Positions 27,749-37,380 of a stretch of DNA of 64,000 bases are shown here, piece after piece. Under the pieces are notes generated by a model. The model had not been told where the DNA came from and did not search any database. It saw only the letters and a program-made list of their open reading frames with translations. Origin of the DNA: Bacteroidales bacterium (GTDB taxonomy: Bacteria > Bacteroidota > Bacteroidia > Bacteroidales > UBA12077); assembly GCA_036351015.1 (NCBI GenBank), contig JAZBOG010000003.1, forward strand, positions 257,102 to 321,101, read 5' to 3'. Positions within the stretch are counted from its first letter, which is position 1. Each line of letters opens with the position of its first letter. A program made the translations under genes and the position numbers.

Positions 27749-29327
27749 ATTCATCTCCTTTAAATTCATATCCAAATAAAAACAGCGCATAAAAATAAGA
27801 AAAAAATGTGACGCCGATCTGATTCTCTAAAGTATCTTCGTTTAGCATAGACAACAGGGCAATCAGGAAAAACAATACAAAAAAGTAATTCCGAAAACCT
27901 TTTCGCTTAAGGGGGGGATAAAACATACAAAACATAACCATAAGAAATCCTATGGCCCCAAAAGACACGAAGAATGTCACGTACTGATTATGAGTCCGTA
28001 GCCTCTTTGCTGGAGGAAGGATACTTTGATTTTCCTCGTATTGCTTATCAAAAGCATCCTGAACATCTCCGGTGCCGGTACCCAACCAAAAATTCTTTTG
28101 GATAATAGTAACGGCTGTTCTTAAAAACTCCCATCGCTGGGTGATGGAGTTCCCGGCAGGATTTGCTCCTTTAAGGTAAACATCTACCTCCCAGATCACC
28201 TGGTATATTTTTGGATAGAGCGCATAGCGACGGGTATAAATAACGTTGGCTATTCCATTTTCTATATTTCGGATATCTGCAGAAGTTAACCGGGACATCC
28301 CTGTCGAATCTTTCCGTAATCCTTTGGAGGTTAAATACCTGATAAGAGTGGTTTTTAGTTCCTGACCCTTCCTGTCGGTCCCTTCAAAACGGAAATCACT
28401 TATCTTGTTCCATTCCTGCTTCAACTCCTGCGGACATACATAAATCCAAACATAATTCCCGTTTTCAATTTGTTTCGGGGCACTCTTATGTTGATATGGA
28501 TTCCCGGAAGAGGTATATTGATCCAATTGCTCAAAATCAACCTGCTCCACGGTATAGAACCTGGCTATGGCATGGGTAATATAAGAAGCAACCCATAAAA
28601 ACCCGGTAATGAGTAATACCTGAACAAATAACCGGGGGATCAGATCCTTTATAGAAAAGGAAAAATAGCCGGTAAAAAGAAACAGAACAATACAAAAGAT
28701 CACAATTCCCGATAAGGATTTGAGCAAAAACAAAAAAATGATTAACCAAATAATGGTTAAGCCATAAGCAGTTCTTTTGAAGATTGATCTGGAAAAACTC
28801 CTGGAAAACAAAAAATACGCCAGGGTAAAAATACTCAGGTTGATCAATAAGCTTAGCCGGATATGGGACATAAACAAAGAGATCTCGCGGATATCTTTTA
28901 CCGGGAAGTTTAAAATTCCCAAAAAAACAGCCGTGCTGATCAGGGTGGAAATAACTACCGATAAAGAGAATAACAGCATGATATTTTGAAACTGTTTTTT
29001 CCCGGGAGCAGGTGAAGTTCCTATAATCAGCGGAAAAACAAGAATAATCAGTTTATTTTTCAGGTCATGAAATGCGTAATGGAAATTAGAGGTATTCAGC
29101 AGCCATAGGAGATGGACTAAAAAAATGCCGCAAAAGATTAAAAGAGAGGGATTATCCCTCAACTTTTTAATTTTTTCTGCAAATCGGCCTTCCAATACCC
29201 AGTTGGTGGCCAGGGTAATGATCGAAACACTGACTGCAAACTTCGACAGGGGTAAAGAAGCAGCAACCAGAAGCAAACCTGCATAATAAATTTTTGAATG
29301 ATGAATATGAAGATTAAAAACTTGCAT
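27738..29327 (-). CDS. O-antigen ligase (Wzy_C)-like polytopic membrane protein
   Basis: The protein has about 10 or more TM segments, a large loop, and RTHNQYVTFFVSFGAIGF near the C-terminus. Confidence 0.55.
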   Translation of the reverse strand: MQVFNLHIHHSKIYYAGLLLVAASLPLSKFAVSVSIITLATNWVLEGRFAEKIKKLRDNPSLLIFCGIFLVHLLWLLNTSNFHYAFHDLKNKLIILVFPLIIGTSPAPGKKQFQNIMLLFSLSVVISTLISTAVFLGILNFPVKDIREISLFMSHIRLSLLINLSIFTLAYFLFSRSFSRSIFKRTAYGLTIIWLIIFLFLLKSLSGIVIFCIVLFLFTGYFSFSIKDLIPRLFVQVLLITGFLWVASYITHAIARFYTVEQVDFEQLDQYTSSGNPYQHKSAPKQIENGNYVWIYVCPQELKQEWNKISDFRFEGTDRKGQELKTTLIRYLTSKGLRKDSTGMSRLTSADIRNIENGIANVIYTRRYALYPKIYQVIWEVDVYLKGANPAGNSITQRWEFLRTAVTIIQKNFWLGTGTGDVQDAFDKQYEENQSILPPAKRLRTHNQYVTFFVSFGAIGFLMVMFCMFYPPLKRKGFRNYFFVLFFLIALLSMLNEDTLENQIGVTFFSYFYALFLFGYEFKGDEYEE

Positions 29328-29595
29328 GTTTTATTCCTAAAAACGTATAAAGATAAAGAAAAGATTTTGTGGTTTGCTAAAGAAACGCTGGATAAAAAAT
29401 CAGGAAAAGATTTGGATTATCGGATAACAGGATCCTGTTAAACAGGGACAGGGGAAAAATAATTTTTCTTAAAATCCTCTCAAATAATCCTTTAATAATT
29501 AAACAAAATCATTATTTTTGCGCTTAATTTTTCGCGTATCAGCCAACAGGATTTCAGGTCAACAAGTTATTAACAAATAATTTGTTGATATTTTC

Positions 29596-29624
29596 TTGAT
29601 TTATAAAAAATAATTGTATTTTTG
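29596..29624 (+). promoter_or_regulatory. candidate Bacteroidota promoter for the rplM-rpsI-rpsB-tsf cluster
   Basis: The -7 box TATTTTTG lies at 29617-29624 with a TTG at 29596-29598 about 19 nt upstream. A second TATTTTTG lies at 29513-29520. Confidence 0.35.
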
Positions 29625-29688
29625 CAATCCGCAAAATACAGCTTGTATAATTGTATATAGGTATTAATTAAAAAGTTAGGAGTTTAAA

Positions 29689-30144
29689 GTGGATACATTA
29701 AGTTACAAAACAGTATCAGCAAACAAAGCTACTGTAGAAAAAAATTGGGTGCTTGTTGACGCAAAAGACGAAGTTTTAGGCCGGTTAGCTTCTAAAGTTG
29801 CAAAGATTTTAAGAGGGAAAAACAAACCTTCGTTCACACCACATGTGGATTGTGGTGATAATGTGATTATTATAAATGCTAGCCAGGCAAAACTAACCGG
29901 GAACAAAATGACACAAAAACAATATGTTCGTCATTCAGGGTATCCCGGAGGACAAAAAATTACTACTCCCGAGGAGTTATTTACCAAACAGCCGATCAAG
30001 GTTGTTGAGATGGCCGTAAAAGGGATGCTTCCAAAAAACCGATTAGGAAGAGAACTTTTCAGAAATCTTTATGTATATGAGGGGAGTGAACATCAACACG
30101 AAGCTCAAAAACCAAAAAAAGTAGATTTAAATTCAATTAAATAA
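29689..30144 (+). CDS. rplM: 50S ribosomal protein L13
   Basis: [47 protein letters not shown] is a classic L13 sequence. The start codon is GTG. Confidence 0.95.
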   Translation: MDTLSYKTVSANKATVEKNWVLVDAKDEVLGRLASKVAKILRGKNKPSFTPHVDCGDNVIIINASQAKLTGNKMTQKQYVRHSGYPGGQKITTPEELFTKQPIKVVEMAVKGMLPKNRLGRELFRNLYVYEGSEHQHEAQKPKKVDLNSIK

Positions 30145-30536
30145 TGAATATGGAAGTAATAAATGCTTTAGGAAGAAGAAAATCCGCAGTTGCCAGGGTT
30201 TATTTAAGCGAGGGAAAAGGCAATTTTACGGTAAATGATCGTGAAATTGAGAATTTCTTTACTACAAAATCATTACAGTATATTGCGAACCAGCCGCTTA
30301 ACCTGTTAGAGGTAAAAGGAAAATATGACGTTAAGGTTAATATTTATGGTGGTGGAATTAAAGGACAAGCCGAAGCGGTTCGTTTAGGAATCTCAAGAGC
30401 TTTAAATAAAGCAAATCCTGAATTCAGAGATGCCTTAAAAAAAGCTGGATTCTTAATGCGTGATGCCCGAGTAGTAGAACGTAAAAAACCAGGACAACCC
30501 AAAGCACGCAAGAAATTTCAATTTAGTAAACGATAA
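30144..30536 (+). CDS. rpsI: 30S ribosomal protein S9
   Basis: The protein contains [12 protein letters not shown] and [19 protein letters not shown] and ends KKFQFSKR. The start overlaps the rplM stop (TAATG); the ATG at 30150 is an alternative start. Confidence 0.95.
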   Translation: MNMEVINALGRRKSAVARVYLSEGKGNFTVNDREIENFFTTKSLQYIANQPLNLLEVKGKYDVKVNIYGGGIKGQAEAVRLGISRALNKANPEFRDALKKAGFLMRDARVVERKKPGQPKARKKFQFSKR

Positions 30537-30643
30537 TCGTATAGCTATAATTATCCGTTTAGTATCTAAATTGGTGAGACCTCCGGCATGGAGTTACTCA
30601 ACAATTGTTTAATCAAAGAATGTAAACGAAAAAAATTAAAAGA

Positions 30644-31549
30644 ATGTCAAGAACAAGTTTTAACGAATTACTGGAAGCAGGTGTACATTTTGGACACCTA
30701 AAAAGAAAATGGAATCCGGCAATGGCTCCCTATATTTTTATGGAGCGAAACGGGATTCATATTATTGATTTGCAAAAAACCGAAGCCAAATTAGATGAAG
30801 CATGTAATGCTTTAAAACAAATTGCAAAATCCGGAAGAAAAATATTATTCGTAGCCACTAAAAAACAGGCAAAGGAGATTGTAGCAGACAAAGTTGCTCC
30901 AACCAAGATGCCTTACGTTACCGAACGCTGGCCCGGAGGAATGTTAACTAACTTCCCAACCATCCGAAGAGCCGTAAAACGAATGGCTACCATTGACAAG
31001 ATGGCTACCGACGGTACTTTTGACAACTTAGCCAAAAGAGAAAAATTACAGATTACCAGGCAAAGAGCCAAGCTGGAAAAGATGTTGGGCAGTATTGCCG
31101 ACATGACCAGACTTCCTGCAGCGATGTTTGTTGTTGACGTATTAAAAGAACATATTGCTGTTCGTGAAGCACAGCGACTTAACATACCCCTGTTTGCCAT
31201 TGTTGACACCAACTCAGATCCTAATAATATCGATTTCCCGATCCCAGCCAATGATGATGCTTCAAAATCCATTTCATTAATTCTGGATAAAGTAACTGAA
31301 GCCGTTAAAGAAGGATTGGAAGAACGAAAAATGGAGAAGGAAAAAGAAGGAGGTTCAAAAGAGAAGAAAAAAGGAACCAAAAAAGCTGCCGGAGATTCAA
31401 AGAAATCCAGTGCCCGAAAATCCAAAGAGGAAGAGGAAGAAACGAAAAAGGTAGAAAAAACCGAAGCTAAAGAAGAAGAAAAAGAGCAGGAAGAAACCAG
31501 CCAGGAAGATCCAAAAGCTGACAGCGAAAAAGAAGAAACGAAAGAATAA
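30644..31549 (+). CDS. rpsB: 30S ribosomal protein S2 with a Lys/Glu-rich C-terminal extension
   Basis: LLEAGVHFGHLKRKWNPAMAPYIF...GIHIIDL is the S2 signature. The last ~75 aa are low-complexity K/E/S sequence. Confidence 0.95.
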   Translation: MSRTSFNELLEAGVHFGHLKRKWNPAMAPYIFMERNGIHIIDLQKTEAKLDEACNALKQIAKSGRKILFVATKKQAKEIVADKVAPTKMPYVTERWPGGMLTNFPTIRRAVKRMATIDKMATDGTFDNLAKREKLQITRQRAKLEKMLGSIADMTRLPAAMFVVDVLKEHIAVREAQRLNIPLFAIVDTNSDPNNIDFPIPANDDASKSISLILDKVTEAVKEGLEERKMEKEKEGGSKEKKKGTKKAAGDSKKSSARKSKEEEEETKKVEKTEAKEEEKEQEETSQEDPKADSEKEETKE

Positions 31550-31576
31550 TTGTTAACATAGAAAAAAAGATAAACG

Positions 31577-32407
31577 ATGGCTAAAATAACAGCATCCGAC
31601 GTAAATAAATTAAGAAAAAGTACCGGTGCAGGAATGATGGATTGTAAAAAAGCACTGGTTGAAGCTGACGGAGATTTTGACAAAGCAACCCAGATTATCC
31701 GGGAAAAAGGACAGGCAATTGCCAACAAACGTTCTGACAGAGAAGCGAGTGAAGGCGTTGTACTGGCAAAAACCAACCAGGATAATACCAAAGGTGCAAT
31801 GATTTCGCTAAACTGCGAAACCGACTTTGTGGCTAAAAACGATGACTTTGTGGCTATTGCTGAAAAGATTCTAGACAAAGCGGTAGAAAACCTGCCGGCT
31901 GATATCGATGCCTTAAAAGCGATTGAGCTGGACGGTAAAAATATTGCCGATACTGTTCTTGAACAATCAGGTATTATTGGTGAAAAAATTGAGTTATCCT
32001 TCTTTGACAAATTAGAAGCAGATTATATCTCGGCTTACATCCACAGCGACAAAAAACTGGCTACCCTGGTAGGGTTCAATAAGGCCGGTTTTGAGGAGCA
32101 GGTTGGTAAAGATGTAGCCATGCAGGTTGCTGCCATGAACCCGGTTGCGGTAGACGAAAAACAGGTGTCCCAGGAGGTGATTGACCAGGAACTTGAAATC
32201 GGAAGAAACCAGGCACTTGCCGAAGGTAAACCCGAAAACTTAGTTGACAAAATCGCCCAGGGAAAACTAGGAAAATTCTATAAAGAGAATACCCTGGTAA
32301 ATCAGGCTTTTATTAAAGAAGGTAAAATGACCGTTAAGCAATATTTGCAACAAGTCGATAAAGACCTTACGGTTACCGATTTTAAACGATACTCAATTAA
32401 ACAATAA
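31577..32407 (+). CDS. tsf: translation elongation factor Ts
   Basis: The protein begins MAKITASDVNKLRKSTGAGMMDCKKALVEADGDFDKA, contains LNCETDFVAKNDDF, and is 276 aa long. Confidence 0.95.
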   Translation: MAKITASDVNKLRKSTGAGMMDCKKALVEADGDFDKATQIIREKGQAIANKRSDREASEGVVLAKTNQDNTKGAMISLNCETDFVAKNDDFVAIAEKILDKAVENLPADIDALKAIELDGKNIADTVLEQSGIIGEKIELSFFDKLEADYISAYIHSDKKLATLVGFNKAGFEEQVGKDVAMQVAAMNPVAVDEKQVSQEVIDQELEIGRNQALAEGKPENLVDKIAQGKLGKFYKENTLVNQAFIKEGKMTVKQYLQQVDKDLTVTDFKRYSIKQ

Positions 32408-32430
32408 ATAATTGTATAATATAAATTATT

Positions 32431-32462
32431 AAGGAGCTCATTCTTTTGAGCTCCTTTTTTTA
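32431..32462 (+). terminator. rho-independent terminator after tsf
   Basis: AAGGAGCTC-attctttt-GAGCTCCTT is followed by a run of seven T. Confidence 0.8.
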
Positions 32463-32495
32463 TTCATTATTTTTAGACAAAAAATTTCAACCTCT

Positions 32496-33443
32496 ATGAA
32501 AATTGTACAAATAGAACCCATCGGGATTAAACCAGAAGAGCTGAAAAAAATTGAAAAAACATTCGAAGAAGCAGGTCATCATTTTATTTTTTTTGAAGAC
32601 AAGCCACAACAGGATGAGAAGATTGTAGAAAGAGCAAAGGATGCAGAGGTCATCGTATTAAGCAATCTTCCGCTTTCTGAAAATGTAATTGCACAATGCC
32701 CAAAACTAAAAATGATCTCCGTGGCATTTGCCGGGGTTGACCATCTTCCGATGGCCATGTGTAATCAAAAAAATATTATTGTCTCCAATGCTGCAGGGTA
32801 TTCAAACCATGCGGTAGCAGAGCTTACCCTGGGGCTGGCCATCAGCCTTTACCGGAAGATTCTTTGGAGTGATGGCAAAACCAGGAGTTTATCGAACCGC
32901 CAGGGTTTCTTAGGTGCAGAACTTCAAGGGAAAACCTTTGGTGTGATTGGCACCGGGCAGATCGGATCGCAGGTGGCCCATTTAGCCAATGCCTTTGGCT
33001 GCAAAGTACTGGCATACAACAGGTCATCCAAAGATATCCCCAATGTGGAATTTTCCACCCTGGACTACTTGCTTAAAAACAGTGATATTGTTTCCTTACA
33101 TGTTCCTCTTACCAAGGATACAAAAGAACTCATCGGGGAAAGCGAGCTGAAAGTGATGAAAAGAACAGCCATTCTGATCAATACTGCCCGTGGACCCGTA
33201 ATAAACAGTTTATCATTAACAAAAGCCCTAAAAAATGGAGATATTGCCGGAGCAGCAATTGATGTTTATGAAAAAGAACCTCCGCTGGATAAAGATCACC
33301 CTCTCTTCGATGCACCCAACACGATCCTTCTTCCGCATGTTGGATATGCCACGCACGAAGCCATTAAGCGAAGAGGAGAGATCGTAATCGAAAATATCCT
33401 TCGATGGATGAACGGAAAGCCCCAAAATGTAATGAATGATTAA
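32496..33443 (+). CDS. NAD-dependent D-isomer-specific 2-hydroxyacid dehydrogenase family protein
   Basis: The Rossmann motif is GVIGTGQIGSQVA. The catalytic-region motifs are NTARGPVIN, AAIDVYEKEP and LPHVGYAT. Confidence 0.8.
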   Translation: MKIVQIEPIGIKPEELKKIEKTFEEAGHHFIFFEDKPQQDEKIVERAKDAEVIVLSNLPLSENVIAQCPKLKMISVAFAGVDHLPMAMCNQKNIIVSNAAGYSNHAVAELTLGLAISLYRKILWSDGKTRSLSNRQGFLGAELQGKTFGVIGTGQIGSQVAHLANAFGCKVLAYNRSSKDIPNVEFSTLDYLLKNSDIVSLHVPLTKDTKELIGESELKVMKRTAILINTARGPVINSLSLTKALKNGDIAGAAIDVYEKEPPLDKDHPLFDAPNTILLPHVGYATHEAIKRRGEIVIENILRWMNGKPQNVMND

Positions 33444-33447
33444 TAAA

Positions 33448-33479
33448 AATGGGTTAACCCTCAATCGGGTTAACCCATT
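33448..33479. terminator. bidirectional hairpin between convergent genes
   Basis: AATGGGTTAACCC-tcaatc-GGGTTAACCCATT forms a 13-bp stem flanked by A/T runs. It sits between the dehydrogenase (+) and queA (-). Confidence 0.6.
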
Positions 33480-33499
33480 TTGGTCTATTGATAAATCTA

Positions 33500-34552
33500 C
33501 TAAATAATAAGCATTGCATCACCGTAAGTCCCAAAGCGGTATTTTTCCTTAACGGCTTCCTTATAGGCATTGATCACAATATCATAACCACCAAAAGCAC
33601 AAACCATCATCAACAGGGTTGAATAGGGTAAATGAAAGTTTGAAACCATCATGGTGGGGACCTGAACTTCATAGGGAGGGAAAATGAATTTATTGGTCCA
33701 CCCATCAAAGGGTTTTAAATGACCTGTTGTAGAAACGGAGGATTCCAGGGTTCGCAGAACGGTGGTTCCTACCGCCACAATATTTTTCCTTTTATCCTTG
33801 GCATCATTAACAATCTTAACGGCTTCGTCATTAATCTGAATTTTTTCCGAATCCATTTTGTGCTTGGTAAGATCTTCCACATCAACGGTTCGAAAGTTTC
33901 CCAGGCCAACATGGAGGGTTATCTCGGCAAAATCCACGCCTTTAATTTCCAGCCGTTTAAGCAATTCGCGACTAAAGTGCATCCCGGCAGTAGGTGCAGC
34001 AACGGCCCCTTCATGTTTGGCATAAATGGTTTGATATCTCTCCCTGTCTTCGGGAAGCACTTCACGATTAATAAATTTTGGCAAGGGAGTTTGCCCTAAT
34101 TCATAGAGGGTTTTTTTAAACTCCTCGTAGGAACCGTCAAATAAAAATCGCAGGGTTCGGCCCCGGGAGGTGGTATTATCTATCACTTCAGCCACCAGGG
34201 TATCGTCTTCGCCAAAATAAAGTTTATTGCCAATACGAATTTTTCGGGCAGGATCGACTAAAACATCCCATAACCGCTGCTCCCGGTTTAATTCACGAAG
34301 TAAAAAAACTTCAATTTTAGCCCCGGTTTTTTCCTTATTCCCATACAAACGAGCAGGAAATACTTTGGTATTATTAAAAACCATCACATCCTGGTCATCC
34401 ACATAATCGACAATATCTTTAAACACTTTATGCTCTATTTTCCCGGACTTCCGGTCAACAATCATCAATCGGGATTCGTCTCTATTTTCTGCAGGAAATT
34501 TTGCAATAAGGTCTTTGGGGAGATTAAACTTAAACTGAGATAACTTCATCAA
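33500..34552 (-). CDS. queA: S-adenosylmethionine:tRNA ribosyltransferase-isomerase
   Basis: The protein contains [35 protein letters not shown]...[12 protein letters not shown] and [12 protein letters not shown]. Confidence 0.9.
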   Translation of the reverse strand: MMKLSQFKFNLPKDLIAKFPAENRDESRLMIVDRKSGKIEHKVFKDIVDYVDDQDVMVFNNTKVFPARLYGNKEKTGAKIEVFLLRELNREQRLWDVLVDPARKIRIGNKLYFGEDDTLVAEVIDNTTSRGRTLRFLFDGSYEEFKKTLYELGQTPLPKFINREVLPEDRERYQTIYAKHEGAVAAPTAGMHFSRELLKRLEIKGVDFAEITLHVGLGNFRTVDVEDLTKHKMDSEKIQINDEAVKIVNDAKDKRKNIVAVGTTVLRTLESSVSTTGHLKPFDGWTNKFIFPPYEVQVPTMMVSNFHLPYSTLLMMVCAFGGYDIVINAYKEAVKEKYRFGTYGDAMLII

Positions 34553-34612
34553 TGCAACGGATTTATTGGTTATACTTAAGTGCCCTGCTTATACGGACCT
34601 TTAAAAAAATGG

Positions 34613-35338
34613 TTACAAAATTACTAAAAATTTTTCAAATTCTTCTAAAGTAATTGAAGAATCTATATGATAATCTCCAATCCGGGTCCGGGTTAACTGG
34701 GTTAAGTGGGCTCCGCTGGATAATCGTTCTCCGATATCACGGGCTAAAGACCGGATATATGTCCCCTTACTACACACTACCCTGAACTGAATATTTGGTA
34801 GATCATATGCAAGTAACTCAATGGCTGAAATGGTAATCAGATTGGATTTCATTTCTACCGACTCTCCTTTTCGTGCAAATTCATAGGCTCTCTTCCCATT
34901 AATATTTTTTGCCGAATAGACCGGGGGCACCTGCATCTGTTCTCCCAAAAAACCCTGCAGCACTTCCTGCACCATCTCTTGATGAATATGGTCAACAGGA
35001 TACGTTTGATCGTAAGCGGTTTCCAGGTCAAAGGAAGGGGTGGTTTTGCCCAACATAATGGTAGCAATATACTCCTTTTCGGCAAGCATCAATTCATTAA
35101 TCTTTTTCGTTGCCTTACCGGTACACACCAACACCAGTCCATCAGCTAACGGATCCAGGGTCCCTGCATGTCCGACCTTAAAATTTTTGAGCCGGATATT
35201 TAGCTTCTGCCTGAGTTTTTTTGAGACCTGGTTTTTGATTTTTTTTACCACATCAAAGGAAGTCCACTCATAGGGCTTGTTAACAGGAATAATCACTCCT
35301 TTTTGAAAATCTTCGAGGCTATTGACTGTAAATTCCAT
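34613..35338 (-). CDS. truB: tRNA pseudouridine(55) synthase
   Basis: The protein contains NKPYEWTSFDVV and KVGHAGTLDPLADGLLV-type motifs (here GHAGTLDPLADGLVLV). The start is placed at MEFTVNS; the listed upstream extension overlaps the end of uppP. Confidence 0.9.
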   Translation of the reverse strand: MEFTVNSLEDFQKGVIIPVNKPYEWTSFDVVKKIKNQVSKKLRQKLNIRLKNFKVGHAGTLDPLADGLVLVCTGKATKKINELMLAEKEYIATIMLGKTTPSFDLETAYDQTYPVDHIHQEMVQEVLQGFLGEQMQVPPVYSAKNINGKRAYEFARKGESVEMKSNLITISAIELLAYDLPNIQFRVVCSKGTYIRSLARDIGERLSSGAHLTQLTRTRIGDYHIDSSITLEEFEKFLVIL

Positions 35339-35343
35339 GAATA

Positions 35344-36132
35344 TTATAAAAATGATGATAGGATAGCAATTGATCCAATGACAAAGCAATACATAGCGAA
35401 ATAGATCAATTTGCCTTGTTTAACAATTTTGAGCATCCATTTACAGGCAATCAATCCCGAAATAAATGCGGCTAAAAAACCTATCAGCAGCGGAGTTGTT
35501 TCTACCGTTGAAGTAAAAGTAATTGTTGAGTCCATGAGGTCTTTTACATTGGCCCCGATAATGGGAATCAATACCATCAGGAAAGAGAATTTTGCTACAA
35601 ATTCTTTTTTGTTCCCCAGGTACAATCCGGTGGCAATCGTTGCTCCCGAACGTGAAATTCCTGGCATCACGGCCAGCATCTGGGCTACTCCAATAATAAA
35701 CGAATCTTTCCAGGTAATCTCTTTTTGCTTTTCCCTGGCATAATAGGTAAATGCCAGGAGTAATGCCGTGATCAACAACATAACTCCTACCAGAAGTATA
35801 TTTCCGGTAAAAAACCCTTCGATTTCCTCTTTAAAAAACAATCCGGCGATAAGCACAGGAATCATAGAGATAAATATCTTAAGAATATACTTTGTGGAGT
35901 CGTTCCATTGAAACTTAAAAAAATCACGAATCAACTCCAGGATCGTTTTCCAAAAAACAATAACCGTGCTCAATACGGTAGCACCGTGAACAACAACCGT
36001 AAAGGTAAGGCTCTCCTTAAATTCAACCCCCAAAACATGCTTACTCAGCTCCAGATGTCCGCTGCTGCTAACCGGCAAAAATTCAGTCAGTCCCTGGATA
36101 ATTCCAAGGATCAAAGCTTCTAACCAATTCAT
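35344..36132 (-). CDS. uppP: undecaprenyl-diphosphate phosphatase
   Basis: The protein contains ALILGIIQGLTEFLPVSSSGHL and PGISRSGATI, which are BacA/UppP motifs. Confidence 0.9.
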   Translation of the reverse strand: MNWLEALILGIIQGLTEFLPVSSSGHLELSKHVLGVEFKESLTFTVVVHGATVLSTVIVFWKTILELIRDFFKFQWNDSTKYILKIFISMIPVLIAGLFFKEEIEGFFTGNILLVGVMLLITALLLAFTYYAREKQKEITWKDSFIIGVAQMLAVMPGISRSGATIATGLYLGNKKEFVAKFSFLMVLIPIIGANVKDLMDSTITFTSTVETTPLLIGFLAAFISGLIACKWMLKIVKQGKLIYFAMYCFVIGSIAILSSFL

Positions 36133-36153
36133 AAATAATTGTTTAACAGGAAA

Positions 36154-36423
36154 TTATTTTTCCGGTGAATCAGATTCTTTGGGTTTTTTCATGATGGCAT
36201 AAATCTCAAAGATAAATCCCGCCAGGACAATAATGGGAGCGAGCGTAATGCGTCTGAAGCTAAAAATCTCTTCGCTAAACACTTCCGGACTTTCAGCTTT
36301 GCCGCCAATCATTAAGATGAAACCCAATATGATAATTCCAAAACCAATGGCCAAAAGTTTATAGTTTTCTTTTCCTAAAGCAAACTCAACTTTTTTCTCT
36401 TCCGGTTTATTTTTCTTTGACAT
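36154..36423 (-). CDS. small two-TM membrane protein (DUF3098-like)
   Basis: The 89-aa protein has two hydrophobic helices. Its position between ftsX and uppP is typical in Bacteroidota. Confidence 0.5.
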   Translation of the reverse strand: MSKKNKPEEKKVEFALGKENYKLLAIGFGIIILGFILMIGGKAESPEVFSEEIFSFRRITLAPIIVLAGFIFEIYAIMKKPKESDSPEK

Positions 36424-36439
36424 TGCTCAATAATTTTAA

Positions 36440-37318
36440 TTAATAGTACAACTTATCGACATTCATTCGTAAATATTTTGTAACGGCGAAAAAGGTAGAA
36501 ATCCAGTTAATAACAATTCCAAGAACAAGGACCCCAAAAAATAAAATGCCAATAATTTCTATATCCTGCAGATTAATTACTTCTTTAAATTCCTTTTGAG
36601 CCAGGTATACCACACCGATCAATAATCCAATCGCTAACAGGGCCGACAGGATACCCTGCCAGACACTCCGGTACAGGAAAGGACGCCGGATAAACCCGCG
36701 GGTAGCTCCTACCAGTTGCATGGTGTTAATAATAAATCGTTTTGAATAAACCGATAAGCGAATGGTATTGTTGATGAGAGCCAGGGCAATCAGAAACAGT
36801 AACCCACTAAAAACCAGGATGATCAGACTGATTTTCCGGATATTTTCATTGACAAGACTTACCAGGGATTTTTGATAAAAAACCTCCTTGATCTGTTCAT
36901 ACTGCTGAAAATCCTTTTCAATCACCCGGATACTATCGGGATTTGCATAATCGGCATATAAATGGACTTCGATGGATGCCAGCAGGGGATTATACCCTAA
37001 AAATTCAATAAAATTCTCACCCAGCTCTTCCTGCAGCTCTTTGGCAGCCTGCTCTTTGGTGATATATTTGGTTGATTTAACATATTCTGCAGCATCCAGG
37101 CTTTTTTGCAACAGGATAACATCCACCTCTTTTACATTCTCTTTCAGAATAATTGAAAAACCAATATTTTCTTTTACATATTCTGAAAGACGCTGGGCAT
37201 TCAGAATCAATAATCCAAGCACTCCCAGCATAAATAACACCAGGGTAATACTTATGACCGAAGTCAGATAAGAGCTTCTAAGCCTTCGTTTAGTTACTGC
37301 CGGATCTTTTTTTGCCAT
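36440..37318 (-). CDS. ftsX: cell-division FtsX-like permease
   Basis: The 292-aa protein has an N-terminal TM segment, a periplasmic domain and three C-terminal TM segments, with MQLVGATRGFIRRPF. Confidence 0.8.
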   Translation of the reverse strand: MAKKDPAVTKRRLRSSYLTSVISITLVLFMLGVLGLLILNAQRLSEYVKENIGFSIILKENVKEVDVILLQKSLDAAEYVKSTKYITKEQAAKELQEELGENFIEFLGYNPLLASIEVHLYADYANPDSIRVIEKDFQQYEQIKEVFYQKSLVSLVNENIRKISLIILVFSGLLFLIALALINNTIRLSVYSKRFIINTMQLVGATRGFIRRPFLYRSVWQGILSALLAIGLLIGVVYLAQKEFKEVINLQDIEIIGILFFGVLVLGIVINWISTFFAVTKYLRMNVDKLYY

Positions 37319-37380
37319 TCCATTTCTAAAATAATCGTGCTAATATACAAATAAATAAAGCAAATTTTATGATTAAACGG

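Noticed and set aside
29426-29439. A perfect 14-bp palindrome, AACAGGATCCTGTT, upstream of the rplM cluster
   Set aside because: It could be an operator, but it is a single short palindrome about 250 bp from the start codon with no second half-site or known motif match. The evidence is insufficient.
30913-32010. A 365-aa minus-strand ORF spanning rpsB and tsf
   Set aside because: It is antisense to two unmistakable housekeeping genes. Its Ser/Phe/Leu-rich low-complexity translation is the mirror image of the K/E-rich S2 tail, so it is an artefact.
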